From: Conexivisphaerales archaeon
Lineage (GTDB): Archaea; Thermoproteota; Nitrososphaeria; Conexivisphaerales; DTJL01
Assembly (NCBI GenBank): GCA_049509455.1
Contig: JBEKZX010000002.1
Coordinates: 26,485-90,484 of the forward strand
Reading direction: 5' to 3'
DNA: 64,000 nucleotides
Part shown: positions 44,684 to 55,823 of the stretch, piece after piece
How positions within the stretch are numbered: the stretch's first letter is position 1
Layout: every line of letters begins with the position of its first letter
The notes under the pieces: generated by a model
Databases searched by the model: none
What the model was told of the DNA's origin: nothing
What the model saw: only the letters and a program-made list of their open reading frames with translations
Made by a program: the position numbers and the translations under genes

Positions 44684-45407
44684 CGGCGATTTTATTCCTA
44701 AGCATAGCCTTTTTAATATTTAGCGTCCCTTCGCCCTTCTCCCAGCTCTTCTCCGATTCCTGGATCACAATCTCCTTCGTAAACAGGGGCATGTCTAGTA
44801 CGAAGGTTTCCCCTTCACCTCCTTCGAGAGAGGGATTGAAATGATTCTTGCGCGCCAGCATAATCAGATCCTCAATCCTTCTAGCGTCAAGCTCAGCACC
44901 TAACCAGTCGGGGCCCAACCCCAGGGCAGCCACGCGAGTCATGATCGCTCTGAAGCCCTCCGGCACTAGCTTCCTGAGGTACGCTTCCTCGTCCACCCCC
45001 CAAAGGGGGTTTAGGCCTTTCACACCGTTGTTCCCGAAGACCTTGCTGAAGCTGTCCATCTGATACTTGCTCTTCACGGCTCCTGTGACGACTCCAGCCA
45101 TTTCGAACCTATCCTTGGCTTCAGCTACCAGATCAGACAGCAACCCTAGCTCGTCCTCGCCCGGGCGGATGTCCCTCACCAGAAGAGGGATGCCGAGGGA
45201 TTCGGCCTGCAACCCAGTGAGGCTAGCATTCGGGTAATGGAAGAGCATGCTCTCCACGTCGTGAGGTCTGAGAGAGAGCAGGCAGACCACTTCGAACCCA
45301 CCCTTCACTGTTTGGAACAAAGCGTAGTTGCTGTCCTTCCCTCCCGAGTAGAGGACGGCCAGCCTAGCTTGTTTAAGGGGCCTCTCATCACTCATAATCC
45401 ACATCAC
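44676..45407 (-). CDS. Diphthine--ammonia ligase family (PP-loop ATPase, Dph6-like)
   Basis: YSGGKDS, SMLFH, PLWG, EGGEGETFVLD. Confidence 0.88.
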   Translation of the reverse strand: MMWIMSDERPLKQARLAVLYSGGKDSNYALFQTVKGGFEVVCLLSLRPHDVESMLFHYPNASLTGLQAESLGIPLLVRDIRPGEDELGLLSDLVAEAKDRFEMAGVVTGAVKSKYQMDSFSKVFGNNGVKGLNPLWGVDEEAYLRKLVPEGFRAIMTRVAALGLGPDWLGAELDARRIEDLIMLARKNHFNPSLEGGEGETFVLDMPLFTKEIVIQESEKSWEKGEGTLNIKKAMLRNKIADV

Positions 45408-45510
45408 GAAATGTCAGCCGGCTCTTCCGTGCAATCATTGAGGCCAAACTGGTTTCAGTTGCTCTATTCATTAACTTAACTGCGTGCCCATGTCATGACA
45501 GATTTATTAA

Positions 45511-46377
45511 ATGCCTGCTTCACCTATCAATTCAATGGTGTCGGCGGCCAAGGCTGTGAAGACCGTAGCCGTGACCTCGAAGGAGAGCCTTGTAGGCATA
45601 CCGGTCTTCAACGACATCATAGACGTCCTTTCCGCCCATTTTGACGTCTCTACCATACCACCTGCCAGACACCCCAAAGCCAAGAGTCTTCCCTCCTTGG
45701 GGGCCGTGTCAGCGAGCAAATATGATCTAGTCCTGAGCCTTGGCGGTGACGGCACGCTGCTTACGGTCGTTCGAGGGCTGAAGAAACAGATGCCAGTCCT
45801 AGGCCTCAATCTAGGAGGGCGGGGAATAATCAACGAGCTCGAACTCAGGGATCTCCCAATCGCCGTGGAGAGATTGAAATCGGGCGACTATCACATAGAG
45901 CAACGCACCAGGCTTAGAACCAAGACGGACGACAAGACCTTCCCTGACGCTCTGAACGAGGTCTATCTCGCCAGGCCACGTCACAACGTTACTCCATCAT
46001 TCTTATTACGGTTCCTTGACAGGACCATGTCATCAAAGATGGATGGCTTGATCATTTCGACTCCGACCGGCTCCACAGGTTATTCCTATTCGGCAGGAGG
46101 TCCGGTCGTCCTCGAATCCCTTGAGGTCTTGGTTATGACCCCGGTTCTGCCGATAAACAGAATTCCCCCTATGGTTCTTCCTATTCGAGAAATCGCCGTT
46201 TCTTCGAGTTCGGCGTTCGACGTTACGATTGACGGACAGCAGGTGTTCGATGCCAAAGAAGGGGACGAGATATATGTCTCGCTTGCGCCTGAACCTGCTC
46301 GTTTCGTGAGGTTCAGCCCTCAACCCTTCAAACAGCTTTCAAAGTTACTGAGTGAAAATGTCATACAACAACAGTAA
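45511..46377 (+). CDS. NAD(+) kinase
   Basis: LGGDGTLL, ALNE, DGLIISTPTGSTGYSYSAGGP. Confidence 0.95.
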   Translation: MPASPINSMVSAAKAVKTVAVTSKESLVGIPVFNDIIDVLSAHFDVSTIPPARHPKAKSLPSLGAVSASKYDLVLSLGGDGTLLTVVRGLKKQMPVLGLNLGGRGIINELELRDLPIAVERLKSGDYHIEQRTRLRTKTDDKTFPDALNEVYLARPRHNVTPSFLLRFLDRTMSSKMDGLIISTPTGSTGYSYSAGGPVVLESLEVLVMTPVLPINRIPPMVLPIREIAVSSSSAFDVTIDGQQVFDAKEGDEIYVSLAPEPARFVRFSPQPFKQLSKLLSENVIQQQ

Positions 46378-46888
46378 GGGACGCACGCTGGTTCTAGATA
46401 CGTCAGCCCTCATTGCAGGCCTCCTCCAGTCAGGCATGGATCTCAAGATGTACACGACGCCGGCGGTGATAGACGAAGCTAGGGGGCGAGGGTACTCCTC
46501 ATTCCTTCGAAAAGAGGCGCAGAACGCACGGGATCTTGCCGTGATGGAGGCCACCCAAGACACAGTTAGTTCGGTCAAGGCTAAGATTAGGCAGCTCGGC
46601 GAGAGCGCCAGGCTGTCTGATACGGACATCTCTGTCATAAGCTTGGCACTCTACCTGAAGAACGAAGGAAACTCCGACGTCACCATAATGTCAGACGACT
46701 ACTCGCTACAGAACGTGGCTTCCTCCTTAGGCTTGGTCACGAAATCATCCAACACACAAGGCATCGCCAAACAGTTCGAATGGTCATACTATTGTCCGGC
46801 CTGCTTCAAGAGCTATGAAAGGCCGCCGAAGGACATGCTTTGTGCGCTCTGTGGCACCAAGCTGAAGAGAAAGCCCATCAAGACCTAG
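46352..46888 (+). CDS. nob1: Nob1 PIN-domain rRNA maturation endonuclease
   Basis: VLDTSA, LSDTD, SDDYSLQNVA, CPAC...CALCG. Confidence 0.92.
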   Translation: MKMSYNNSKGRTLVLDTSALIAGLLQSGMDLKMYTTPAVIDEARGRGYSSFLRKEAQNARDLAVMEATQDTVSSVKAKIRQLGESARLSDTDISVISLALYLKNEGNSDVTIMSDDYSLQNVASSLGLVTKSSNTQGIAKQFEWSYYCPACFKSYERPPKDMLCALCGTKLKRKPIKT

Positions 46889-47013
46889 AGCAAGTCGGAG
46901 GGAACCTATTATGGCGGCAGGAATCCAGCAATGATTACGGCCTTCTGCCAACTTAGTGTGCCCAACGGTATTAAGCTAACCATAGGCGGGAGCGAAATCA
47001 AGCAAGGCGATGG

Positions 47014-47088
47014 TGGTGGACTGGGGGGGACTCGAACCCCCGACCTCTCCCATGCCAAGGGAGCATTCTACCTCTGAACTACCAGCCC
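47014..47088 (-). tRNA. tRNA-Ala(GGC), intronless, CCA encoded
   Basis: GGGCTGG/CCAGTCC acceptor with G3:U70, CTCCC-TTGGCAT-GGGAG anticodon arm, GGGGG-TTCGAGT-CCCCC T-arm. Confidence 0.96.
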
Positions 47089-47207
47089 TTAGTGAGAGCT
47101 TCTCTGGGCATCAGTATTTATTTTCTTCGTTCGTAGCTGCGCTCCTCACAAGAGGCCGCATGTGCCCATTTCTCGTAGATGCAACGCGGCGGAACAAGAG
47201 AGCCGTG

Positions 47208-48788
47208 CTATCTATGTGCAACACTTACGGTCATCCAATCCAGCTTCGACCTGTTCGCCCAACCGAACTTCTTTTGCATCGTCTTGGGGTACAGCGTTTG
47301 CCAATCGAACCCCAGATGGCCGGCCCAGGCCTTATACACCCTTGGATCGATGTAATTCTTCAGAGACGTATTCAGGTTGTAGTCTCTGGTCATCTTGGCG
47401 ATCTCCAAAGAGAGCTCGGCTTTGCGAAGGCGCTTCCTGTAAGCATCCGCTTGTTTGGCCGACTTGGGCTGGATGGCCTTGAGCGCCTTGAACCTCTCCT
47501 CCTTCCTCTTCAGGCTGTCATCCCAGGTCTTTGGCGGGGTCCTCTTATGGTTGCACAATATGGCCGCCTTGAGGTTAGCCATTCGTGCGAAGTACAAGCC
47601 CAGCTCGGTCTCCTCCTTGCTCACTTCATCCTCCACCGACGACAGGTAATCCCGCACGACGCTGGTCGCATGATAGGTTCTGAAGACTTTCGCCGTGAGC
47701 CCAGGCACGATGCTGCCCAGATACGAGTTGACTTTGGACGACGTAACTCCATCGAAGATGAGTTGGTCGGGTCCCTTCCCTCTCATGAATTCTCTGAAGT
47801 TGTTCATGACCCTCGGTTCGACGTTCTCCAAGACCTTCAGCCACCTGACGCTGTCCTTGCCCAAAAAGTCGAAGCAAATCTCCTTCTCTTTCAGGACGAC
47901 GTGCTCCACACGCAGAGTCGTTGCACCGACCGTATCCGCTTCATCTTCATCCTTTTCATCTCCGACTCTCATGCAGAGCCGGTCTATCAGGTAGCACACC
48001 GTCGCCGTCTTCCTAGCTTGTTGGTCGCCTTTGGCCATCCCCAGCTCAATCTTCTTTCGGATGCGGCCCAAGCTTTGGTCAAGCTTTAACGCCTTGTCAT
48101 ATTTCGACTTGTTCTTCTCTTGGGCTAGGAAGCTGCTCTCATGAGGCCAAACATATTTCAACTTGCCCGACAGGCCATCCGCCCATGACGCCAACCACAT
48201 ACTGGATGTATCATGAACTATTCTGCCCCATCTACCAAGTGGCACCGGGGCATCTACATCGAGGTTTAGCGTTACATCTTGTTCCTCTACCCTTGGTTTC
48301 CATCTCCCACGCATGGGATGATTGCCACGCCCTTGGAATATCCCCGGAGGCTCGACCACCCAATTCTGAATCTCCACTTTAGCTCCGTCAATCCAAGCAT
48401 AGCCATGTCTCTCCTTCAACACTTCTTTGGCCTTCTTCCTTTGAGCGGCCAACGCCTTCTTCGCTTCCTTGGTGAGCTGTTCTTTTTCCCTCTTCTCCGA
48501 ATCAACCAGGTCGTTGAATTCCCTAAAGTCGAAATCCTTCACGGATGCGCCTTTGAGTTCCATCGGAAGTTGCTTGAGGAGGTCCTTGCAGAAGTTCTCG
48601 GCATACGTCGAGTCGTTGACGTAAGGGGTGTCTTTCTTCTTGGCCCACGAGTAAGCCATTTCCTCGGCTAGAGGACTGAGGCCGTACTTCTCGCCTCTGA
48701 ACCCCAACCGCAGCCCCTTGGGCTGATAGGGTGGCGTGAAGGCGACGCCGTTATGTCGCAGGGTTGTCCAGTAACCGACCTTGGGCAT
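47208..48788 (-). CDS. DNA topoisomerase IB (eukaryote-like)
   Basis: W..L.HNG, EPPGIFQGRG.HP, MRVGDEK, DTVG, FDFLGKDS, KVFRTY, CNH, catalytic SLKNYIDPR. Confidence 0.96.
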   Translation of the reverse strand: MPKVGYWTTLRHNGVAFTPPYQPKGLRLGFRGEKYGLSPLAEEMAYSWAKKKDTPYVNDSTYAENFCKDLLKQLPMELKGASVKDFDFREFNDLVDSEKREKEQLTKEAKKALAAQRKKAKEVLKERHGYAWIDGAKVEIQNWVVEPPGIFQGRGNHPMRGRWKPRVEEQDVTLNLDVDAPVPLGRWGRIVHDTSSMWLASWADGLSGKLKYVWPHESSFLAQEKNKSKYDKALKLDQSLGRIRKKIELGMAKGDQQARKTATVCYLIDRLCMRVGDEKDEDEADTVGATTLRVEHVVLKEKEICFDFLGKDSVRWLKVLENVEPRVMNNFREFMRGKGPDQLIFDGVTSSKVNSYLGSIVPGLTAKVFRTYHATSVVRDYLSSVEDEVSKEETELGLYFARMANLKAAILCNHKRTPPKTWDDSLKRKEERFKALKAIQPKSAKQADAYRKRLRKAELSLEIAKMTRDYNLNTSLKNYIDPRVYKAWAGHLGFDWQTLYPKTMQKKFGWANRSKLDWMTVSVAHR

Positions 48789-48951
48789 ACGCCTAACACC
48801 CAAAGTCGGGGCTTTTTAGAATTATTCCTTTCCGCCGACCGTGTCTCCAGAAGGAAAGACATTCATCGTAATCACTTCATGCCCAGATCGAACTTCGGCC
48901 CCTGACTAGACTTTAAATACTGTCGGAGAAGGCTAAAGGCTGAAAACTCTC

Positions 48952-49938
48952 TTGCCTTCCGACAGAAGGCTGGCCCTGGCACTGCTCATGGTCTCGCTCG
49001 CGTTGCCTCTGGCGGCCGCCACCGCGTCGAACCCGTTGATACTTGAAGCCGGATGGAACGAAGGGAAGGGGAGTCTCGTATTGGTATTGGTGTTCATAGT
49101 CATCGAAGGCCTTGACCCCAGCTACCACGTCAGCAGAATCAGAATTGCCTTCGCCCTTCTCTGCTCAGCCTTCCTATCAATCGCCTTCTATTTCGATCCG
49201 ATGTCATTCCAGGTCATAACGCAGGCTGGAACCTATTTCGGCGTGGCCCCCAGCCTTCTGATTTACAGCTGGCATGAGTTCTGGGTCACCGTTGCCTACC
49301 TCTCCCTCGTCTTGGCGCTGATATTCGATCTAGCCGGCTTCAAACAGCTAAGAGCCTTTCTGTTCACCTTGACCTACACCACATTGACCGCGTTGGTCCT
49401 CTTACTGGACGCCATCTTCCCCTACAATGAGTTGGGCCCCCTTCAGTCAATCGTGCCTGTGCTGGTGTCGACCGCCACGGGGCTCATGAAGGCCATCAAT
49501 CTTGTCAACGTAACATCGTATGGCAACACCATGCTCATCAACGCGGGGGGATCGGTGAAGGCGTTGGTGGTTTATTGGCCCTCGGCCGGGGTCGACAGTC
49601 TACTGATATTCACAGGAATCGACATAGCTTTCCTTCTCAAGCAGAGAATAAGGGGCATCAGGTTCGTAATCTATACGGTTCTCGGCGCTCTCGGAACAGT
49701 TTCAGTGAACGTTGTAAGAATCATGTTGTTAGCATACTACACGGCATACTACCCAGCGCAGTACTTCCAAAGCTTCCATGACGTAATCGGGGAAATACTG
49801 TTCCTGCCGTGGCTCATCGGCTTCATGCTCATTGTCCACTACGCTGAGAAGCACTTCAGAGTGAAAAAGTCCACAGCCCCATCAAGTGGCATCATCGCGC
49901 CTTCCTTAGGTTCACCCGGGAAAGTGCCATCCATCTGA
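48952..49938 (+). CDS. Thaumarchaeosortase-type exosortase/archaeosortase family protein
   Basis: Multi-TM protein with WPSAG (Ser at the Cys site), NVVRI and FHD triad motifs. Confidence 0.85.
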   Translation: MPSDRRLALALLMVSLALPLAAATASNPLILEAGWNEGKGSLVLVLVFIVIEGLDPSYHVSRIRIAFALLCSAFLSIAFYFDPMSFQVITQAGTYFGVAPSLLIYSWHEFWVTVAYLSLVLALIFDLAGFKQLRAFLFTLTYTTLTALVLLLDAIFPYNELGPLQSIVPVLVSTATGLMKAINLVNVTSYGNTMLINAGGSVKALVVYWPSAGVDSLLIFTGIDIAFLLKQRIRGIRFVIYTVLGALGTVSVNVVRIMLLAYYTAYYPAQYFQSFHDVIGEILFLPWLIGFMLIVHYAEKHFRVKKSTAPSSGIIAPSLGSPGKVPSI

Positions 49939-50033
49939 TCTAGATACTCTTCATGTGGGGGCTCCCTCTAGGACCGATGCCCGACAAGCCGCGTCGGCGT
50001 ATGCCGCTCGGGCAGCCCTTTCATCAAGAATCG

Positions 50034-51956
50034 CTACTTGAGATGCAGGTCGAACCACCTGAGGTAGTTCTCCAGCCTCAAAATCCTGTGCTTAGGCTTC
50101 CCTCCTCTTGAAAGCTCATGATTCTCACCTGGGAATAGGACGAGCTCTGCTTCTTTTCCATAATACTTCAAAGCGGTAAACATCTGCAAGGCTTCGACCA
50201 TCCAGCACCTGTAGTCCTCCATCGAATGCACAAAAAGTATCGGCGTCTTCACATTCTTCACGTATCGAATGGGCGACTTCGCCAGAGTCGTCTCTTCATC
50301 CTCCCAAGGATTACAGCCTATTTGATCTTTCGTGAAGTATGGACCGATGTCGCTGGTACCCCAGAAGGTCCACCAGTTGGATATGGATCTGTCTGAGACC
50401 GCCGCCTTGAAACGATCTGTCTGCGTCACCATCCAGTTCGTCATGTAGCCGCCGTACGAACCTCCAGCCACGCCGATCCTCTTCCTATCTACAAAGCCGA
50501 AATGCGATATAGCATAATCCACAGCCTCCATCAGATCTAGATAGTCGCGCTCTGCGTAGTGACTCCTGATGTCCGCGAACTTCTCCGAATAGCCATCGCT
50601 TCCTCTCGGATTCACATAGAGCACAGCATAGCCTTTGCCGGCGAACACCTGGAATTCATGGAGATACGCGTATCCGAAGGCCGTCTTGGGGCCGCCGTGG
50701 ATGTACAAGATGGTAGGGACCTTCCCCTCCGTTACAGGCCTTACAATCCACCCATCGATGGTTTCGCCGTCGCTCGCCTTGAAGTGGAACCCCTTCGGTT
50801 CAAGAATGTTGAGCGTCGTGCCGACGCCTTCGTTGAAGTGAGTAATTCTCTTGACTTCTCCATCATAGAAGTACAGGTCAGCCGGCTTGGTGGACTCCAT
50901 GGAGGTGAAGAACAACCCTTTACTGCCGACTTCGAACGCCTCTACGCTTCGGTCTCCCCCGACGATTTGCCTGACCTTCCCGCTCACCAGATCGAAACTG
51001 TGGATGTGAACCGCCCCATGATCATTCACCAGAAAGTAGATGTTGTTCCCGACCCATTTCGGCTCCCCATTCAACTCGCCCTTCCTGACGTCGCTGTTCA
51101 AGGTATTCGTCTTGCTTCTATCGATATGATCTAGCTGCGTCGGCTTGCCACCCGTGACGCCGATCGTCCAGAGATGCTCATGAGTCACAGATCCTAGCTC
51201 TCTCCGGTGACCCAGGAAAACCAGCTGACGGTCATCTTGGCTCCAGCCCACCGAATATATCTCCATGTCATGCTGGGTCAACTTGGTGGAGGAACCCCGG
51301 TGCAAGTCCAACACGAAGATGTCCGTAAGATACGGCCTCAGGTCGTCACTCGAAACTGTGTACGCGATTTTCGTTCCGGAATGTGAAACGGCGGCCTTGT
51401 CGACATCGATTTCGCCGTCGGTAACCTGCGTGGCCTTCCCAGTCTCGACGTCCAGCACGAACGCATGGCGCCTAACGTTGAAGATGAAACCTTTGTCGTT
51501 GAACCACAAGTTGATTCGTCTTACCGTCTTTACGTCATCCTGAGCCTCGCCTACCGCCGATATGAACAGGATTCTCTTGCCGTCAGGGAACCAAACGGGT
51601 GCCTCGATGGCCCTGTCCCGCCGGATGAGAAGCTTCACTTTCCCATCAGCGGCCTTCACCAAGTACAACCCGTTTCTCTTGCTCCCCTTCTTCATTCCGC
51701 GCTTTGAAGTCAGAGCTACGTAGCTCCCGTCGGGCGAGAACCTAGGAGCACCATCCCTTCCCGAGGTCGTCAGCTTTCTAGGTTCCCCACCCTTAGAGGG
51801 GATTAGCCAGACGTTCCCTTCATATTCGTTCTTCTTGAGGTTGGCCCTGTAGACAGTGATAGCCACCGTGTCGTCTAGGGGGGACACGGAAGGCTCGGAT
51901 AGCAGGGAATATCGCACAAGGTCCTCCGGTCTCACCGAACCCATCATTATAGCCAA
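50034..51956 (-). CDS. S9 family serine peptidase (acylaminoacyl/dipeptidyl aminopeptidase-like) with beta-propeller
   Basis: PD40-like repeats, IHGGP, NPRGSDGY, GGSYGG, DYRC, ENHEL. Confidence 0.93.
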   Translation of the reverse strand: MAIMMGSVRPEDLVRYSLLSEPSVSPLDDTVAITVYRANLKKNEYEGNVWLIPSKGGEPRKLTTSGRDGAPRFSPDGSYVALTSKRGMKKGSKRNGLYLVKAADGKVKLLIRRDRAIEAPVWFPDGKRILFISAVGEAQDDVKTVRRINLWFNDKGFIFNVRRHAFVLDVETGKATQVTDGEIDVDKAAVSHSGTKIAYTVSSDDLRPYLTDIFVLDLHRGSSTKLTQHDMEIYSVGWSQDDRQLVFLGHRRELGSVTHEHLWTIGVTGGKPTQLDHIDRSKTNTLNSDVRKGELNGEPKWVGNNIYFLVNDHGAVHIHSFDLVSGKVRQIVGGDRSVEAFEVGSKGLFFTSMESTKPADLYFYDGEVKRITHFNEGVGTTLNILEPKGFHFKASDGETIDGWIVRPVTEGKVPTILYIHGGPKTAFGYAYLHEFQVFAGKGYAVLYVNPRGSDGYSEKFADIRSHYAERDYLDLMEAVDYAISHFGFVDRKRIGVAGGSYGGYMTNWMVTQTDRFKAAVSDRSISNWWTFWGTSDIGPYFTKDQIGCNPWEDEETTLAKSPIRYVKNVKTPILFVHSMEDYRCWMVEALQMFTALKYYGKEAELVLFPGENHELSRGGKPKHRILRLENYLRWFDLHLK

Positions 51957-52005
51957 AGCCTACGTCAACTAGTCCTTAAAACTAACGGCTGAAGGATCAC
52001 GGCGT

Positions 52006-53079
52006 TCAGGAGGACAACTCTCTGTCAAGGTCCTCAAGAAGCCTCCTCTGCCTGGAGTTTAGGTTACGTGGAGTCTCGACGTTGACCTTGACGAACTGAT
52101 CGCCCTTTCCCCACCCGCTCATCTTCGGCAGGCCCTTCCCTTTCAATTTGAACACGGTGCCGTTCTGCGTGCCCGAAGGGATTTTGAGCTCGGCCCTCCC
52201 GTCAATCGTGGTCAGGCCCACGGTCACGCCGAGGGCGGCCTTGGGGAAGCTCACCCTGATCTCAGAGAGGAGGTCGGCCCCGGTCCTCTTGAACAAGGGA
52301 TGAGGCCGGATGCGCACCATCACGTATAGGTCTCCTGAACCGCCTCGCTTGCCGTTGCCTTCCCCGCTCAACCTCAAACTGTATCCATCTTCTATGCCGG
52401 CAGGTATCCGAACGTCGATGGTCCTGTGCTTCTGCAGCAGGCCGCTCCCCCTACAGTTTCGACATGGGGTCTCGACGATCCTTCCTGATCCAGAGCATCT
52501 CGAACAAGTCTCTACACGGACCAGTCTAGCGAAACCTGCGGATTGCACCCTTTGCACTTGGCCTGCCCCGTTGCACTGGGGGCAGGTCCTCACGCTCGTG
52601 CCGGGCTGGGCCCCTGAACCGCGGCACACGTCACACTCCTCCATCCGGTCAAGCTCTATCTGTTTTACGGCCCCCCTGAACACATCCTCAAGCGACACGT
52701 CCACTGTCACCTGAATGTCTCTACCCTTGGACGGTTCCCTCTGTCCCCCCATCCCGAATAGGTTGTCGAATATGCTGAAGCCACCGAAACCGAAGCCGCG
52801 AAGTATCTCATCGAAGTCGACCCCTCTGAAGATGTCTTCCTGAGAGTACCTACTGTCAATCCCCGCGTGGCCGAACTGGTCATATTGAGCGCGTTTCTCG
52901 TCGTCTGAAAGCACCGCATAGGCTTCAGAGATTTCCTTGAACCGTTCTTCGGCTCCGGGAGACTTGTTCCTGTCGGGGTGATACTGCAGCGCGAGCTTCC
53001 TGTACGAGTTCTTGATTTCGTCCTTTGAGGCATTCTTAGGAACAGCTAGCACATCATAATAGTCGCGCTTATCGCTCAC
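52006..53079 (-). CDS. dnaJ: Chaperone DnaJ
   Basis: J domain with HPD, four CxxCxGxG repeats, and C-terminal domain. Confidence 0.97.
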   Translation of the reverse strand: MSDKRDYYDVLAVPKNASKDEIKNSYRKLALQYHPDRNKSPGAEERFKEISEAYAVLSDDEKRAQYDQFGHAGIDSRYSQEDIFRGVDFDEILRGFGFGGFSIFDNLFGMGGQREPSKGRDIQVTVDVSLEDVFRGAVKQIELDRMEECDVCRGSGAQPGTSVRTCPQCNGAGQVQRVQSAGFARLVRVETCSRCSGSGRIVETPCRNCRGSGLLQKHRTIDVRIPAGIEDGYSLRLSGEGNGKRGGSGDLYVMVRIRPHPLFKRTGADLLSEIRVSFPKAALGVTVGLTTIDGRAELKIPSGTQNGTVFKLKGKGLPKMSGWGKGDQFVKVNVETPRNLNSRQRRLLEDLDRELSS

Positions 53080-53126
53080 GCCCGGTTACGCCCCTGTGGA
53101 ACAACCTCTACTTCTTTGTTCATCTA

Positions 53127-55034
53127 CTACTTCTTTTCTTCATCTACTACTTTGTAATCGGCGTCGACGACCTTGGGCTCCTGTTCCGGCTGCGAAGTTT
53201 CGCCCTGTTGGCTTCCCTGCTGGGGGCCGGCCTGCGAGGCCTGCTGCTTCGCCTGCGCCTCCGCTGCCTTCTGGTATACGCTTGTTCCAACTTCTTGAAG
53301 CACCTTCGACAGCGCTTCGCTAGCGGCTTTGATCTCAGCCAGGTCCTTGCCGGCCAAGGCTGTTCGCAGGTCGCCGGCGGCCTTGTCAATGCTGGCTACC
53401 TGTTCCTGTGTTATCTTGTCTTTAAGGTCGCCCTTCGTCTTCTCCGCGGTGTACAGCATGGCGTCAGCGGAGTTCCGCGTCTCCGCTTCTTCCACCTTCT
53501 GCTTATCAGCCTCGGCGAACTCCTCAGCTTGCCTGATCATGCGGTCCTTTTCCTCTTTCGAGAGTTTCGTCGATGCGGTAATAGTGATCTTGGCCTCCTT
53601 CCCGGTGCCTAGGTCCTTAGCGGATACGTTGATTATTCCGTTGGCGTCGATGTTGAACGCCACCTCTATCTGTGGAACTCCTCGAGGCGCCGGAGGTATT
53701 CCTGACAGGTTGAACATACCTAGGGAGACATTGTCGGCCGCCATCGGCCTCTCACCCTGCAACACGTGGATAGTGACAGTCGTCTGGAAGTCTGCTGCCG
53801 TGGAGAATATCTGGCTCTTCTTGGTCGGGATGGTCGTGTTCCTTTCAATGGTCTTGGTGAAGACGCCGCCCATGGTCTCGACGCCCAACGAAAGAGGGGT
53901 CACGTCGAGCAGCAATAGGTCCTTGACATCACCAGCCAGAACCGCTCCTTGGATGGCCGCCCCCACCGCAACGCATTCCATCGGGTCTACGCCCCGCTCG
54001 GCGGCCTTGCCTACAATCTCCTCGACGAACTTCCTCACTAGAGGCATCCTCGTCTGCCCGCCAATCAAGATGATCTTGTCAACCTGCTGCGGCTGTAGTT
54101 TCGCATCCTCTAGGACGTGCAAGATTGGAGCCCTAACTCTCTCAACGATGGGTCTAGCAAGTTCTTCAAGTTTGGCTCTGGTCAACGTGATATGAAAGTT
54201 CTTTGGAGTCGTCCCCACCATGGCTAGGAACGGAAGGTCGATATCCGTATTCACGAGGTTCGAAAGCTCAATCTTGGCCTTCTCAGCCGCCTCCTTCACC
54301 CTTGTCATAGCGGCTTTGTCATTAGTCAAATCGATGCCGTACTGTCTCCTGAATTCTTCCACGAGAAAAGCCGATACAGCGTTGTCAATGTCGGCCCCAC
54401 CCGTCTTTGTATCGCCACTGGTGGCGAGCACTTGGAACACTCCACCTCCGAAATCCATGAGGGTGACATCGTGCGTGCCGCCTCCGAAGCTGAATACCAT
54501 AATCTTCATCTCCTTATCCAGCTTGTCCAATCCGTAGGCAAGACAAGCCGCGGTGGGCTCGTTAATGAGGCGCATGACCTCGAAACCCGCGATCGCGCCT
54601 GCGTCCTTGGTGGCCTGTCGCTGGTTGTCGTCGAAATGCGCAGGGACCGTGATGACGGCCTTCTTCAACGGCACTCCTAGATAGGTTTCAGCATCTCGCT
54701 TGATCTTCTGAAGGATGAAGGCAGAGATCTGTTGGGGCGTGTATTCCTTCCCGAATATCCGCACCTTGTAGTCCGTGCCCATCTTTCTCTTGATCTCCGA
54801 GACGGTCCCTTCGGGGTTGCTGGACATCTGTCTCTTCGCTGACTCGCCCACCAGCAGTGTCCCGTCTGGCGTGAAAGAAACTACCGATGGAAACATCTTC
54901 CCTGACATGGTAGGTCCTTCGGCGCTGGGGATAACCACTGGTCTGCCAGCCTCTAAGATGGCCGCCGCTGAATTGGTGGTGCCAAGGTCGATTCCCAGTA
55001 TCTTCTCCTTCTGCACGGGTTTAGATTCGCTCAA
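53127..55034 (-). CDS. dnaK: Chaperone DnaK (Hsp70)
   Basis: [37 protein letters not shown]. Confidence 0.98.
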   Translation of the reverse strand: MSESKPVQKEKILGIDLGTTNSAAAILEAGRPVVIPSAEGPTMSGKMFPSVVSFTPDGTLLVGESAKRQMSSNPEGTVSEIKRKMGTDYKVRIFGKEYTPQQISAFILQKIKRDAETYLGVPLKKAVITVPAHFDDNQRQATKDAGAIAGFEVMRLINEPTAACLAYGLDKLDKEMKIMVFSFGGGTHDVTLMDFGGGVFQVLATSGDTKTGGADIDNAVSAFLVEEFRRQYGIDLTNDKAAMTRVKEAAEKAKIELSNLVNTDIDLPFLAMVGTTPKNFHITLTRAKLEELARPIVERVRAPILHVLEDAKLQPQQVDKIILIGGQTRMPLVRKFVEEIVGKAAERGVDPMECVAVGAAIQGAVLAGDVKDLLLLDVTPLSLGVETMGGVFTKTIERNTTIPTKKSQIFSTAADFQTTVTIHVLQGERPMAADNVSLGMFNLSGIPPAPRGVPQIEVAFNIDANGIINVSAKDLGTGKEAKITITASTKLSKEEKDRMIRQAEEFAEADKQKVEEAETRNSADAMLYTAEKTKGDLKDKITQEQVASIDKAAGDLRTALAGKDLAEIKAASEALSKVLQEVGTSVYQKAAEAQAKQQASQAGPQQGSQQGETSQPEQEPKVVDADYKVVDEEKK

Positions 55035-55050
55035 TTCTCACAACACCTCA

Positions 55051-55620
55051 CTATTCTTCCTCTACTTCCTTCTGCGCCACACCAACCTTCACTAGACTGC
55101 TTCTTATCACTTTTCCTCTTAACATGAATCCCTTTCTCACTTCTTCGACGATTCTCCCTTCATCTTTGTTGCCCGGTTCCACCGGTTCGATCGCTTCATG
55201 AAGATTAGGATCAAACTCTTTGCCGACGGCTTCTATGGGCACCAGCCCCTCGCTCGCGAACAGGGAAGTGAGTTTCTTCAACACCATCTCTAACCCAGCG
55301 ACCACGACCTCCCTGTCCTCGGCCTTCTTCGCAACTTCGATGGCGATTTGGAGCTCATCGAAGATGCTCAACAGGTTGACCAGCAGCTTGTCCGCGGCCG
55401 CTCTGTTCATTTCATTCCTCTCCCTCTCTACACGCTTCCTGTAGTTGTCAAATTCCGCTTGAAGGTATTGCAGGCGTCGCAGATAGTCTTCTGTCCTAGT
55501 GCGCTCCCGTCGTAGTTCATCCTCTAGCTCGATTCTTTCATTATGCTTCTCGGTTGTCTTGCTCCCGTCGGCAGGAGGGGTCTCCCCTTCATCATTGTCA
55601 GCCTTATGAAGCTCTTCCAT
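55051..55620 (-). CDS. grpE: Nucleotide exchange factor GrpE
   Basis: AEFDNYRKR, FDPNLHEA, KGFMLRGKVIR. Confidence 0.96.
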   Translation of the reverse strand: MEELHKADNDEGETPPADGSKTTEKHNERIELEDELRRERTRTEDYLRRLQYLQAEFDNYRKRVERERNEMNRAAADKLLVNLLSIFDELQIAIEVAKKAEDREVVVAGLEMVLKKLTSLFASEGLVPIEAVGKEFDPNLHEAIEPVEPGNKDEGRIVEEVRKGFMLRGKVIRSSLVKVGVAQKEVEEE

Positions 55621-55702
55621 TCAAACTCTCTCCAAGTTACGCTGGGTAGCGTCAAAACGAATCAAAGTACACTTCCTATAAATCTTGCGCAGAGAGGCGG
55701 AC

Positions 55703-55823
55703 GCCGTGGGGGCTATATCCCCTTTAGCAACATCACTTGGAGGAGCCGGATGCCGCTGAAGAAATATCAGAAGAGCCCTATCGAAATGACGTAAAGCAGA
55801 GACGCCACATAGCTGGGACTGAC
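55703..55823 (-). pseudogene. Possible relic of an ABC permease C-terminus
   Basis: In the ATPase frame after its stop: VSPSYVASLLYVISIGLF*YFFSGIRLLQVMLLKGI*, a hydrophobic helix broken by one TGA. Confidence 0.3.

Noticed and set aside
47010-48089. 359-aa plus-strand ORF
   Set aside because: It is the antisense shadow of topoisomerase IB and tRNA-Ala
53329-54195. 288-aa plus-strand ORF and other long antisense ORFs across acdAB, polC, srp54, dnaK and UPF0182
   Set aside because: Antisense shadows of well-supported genes, with typical Ser/Leu-rich non-protein composition
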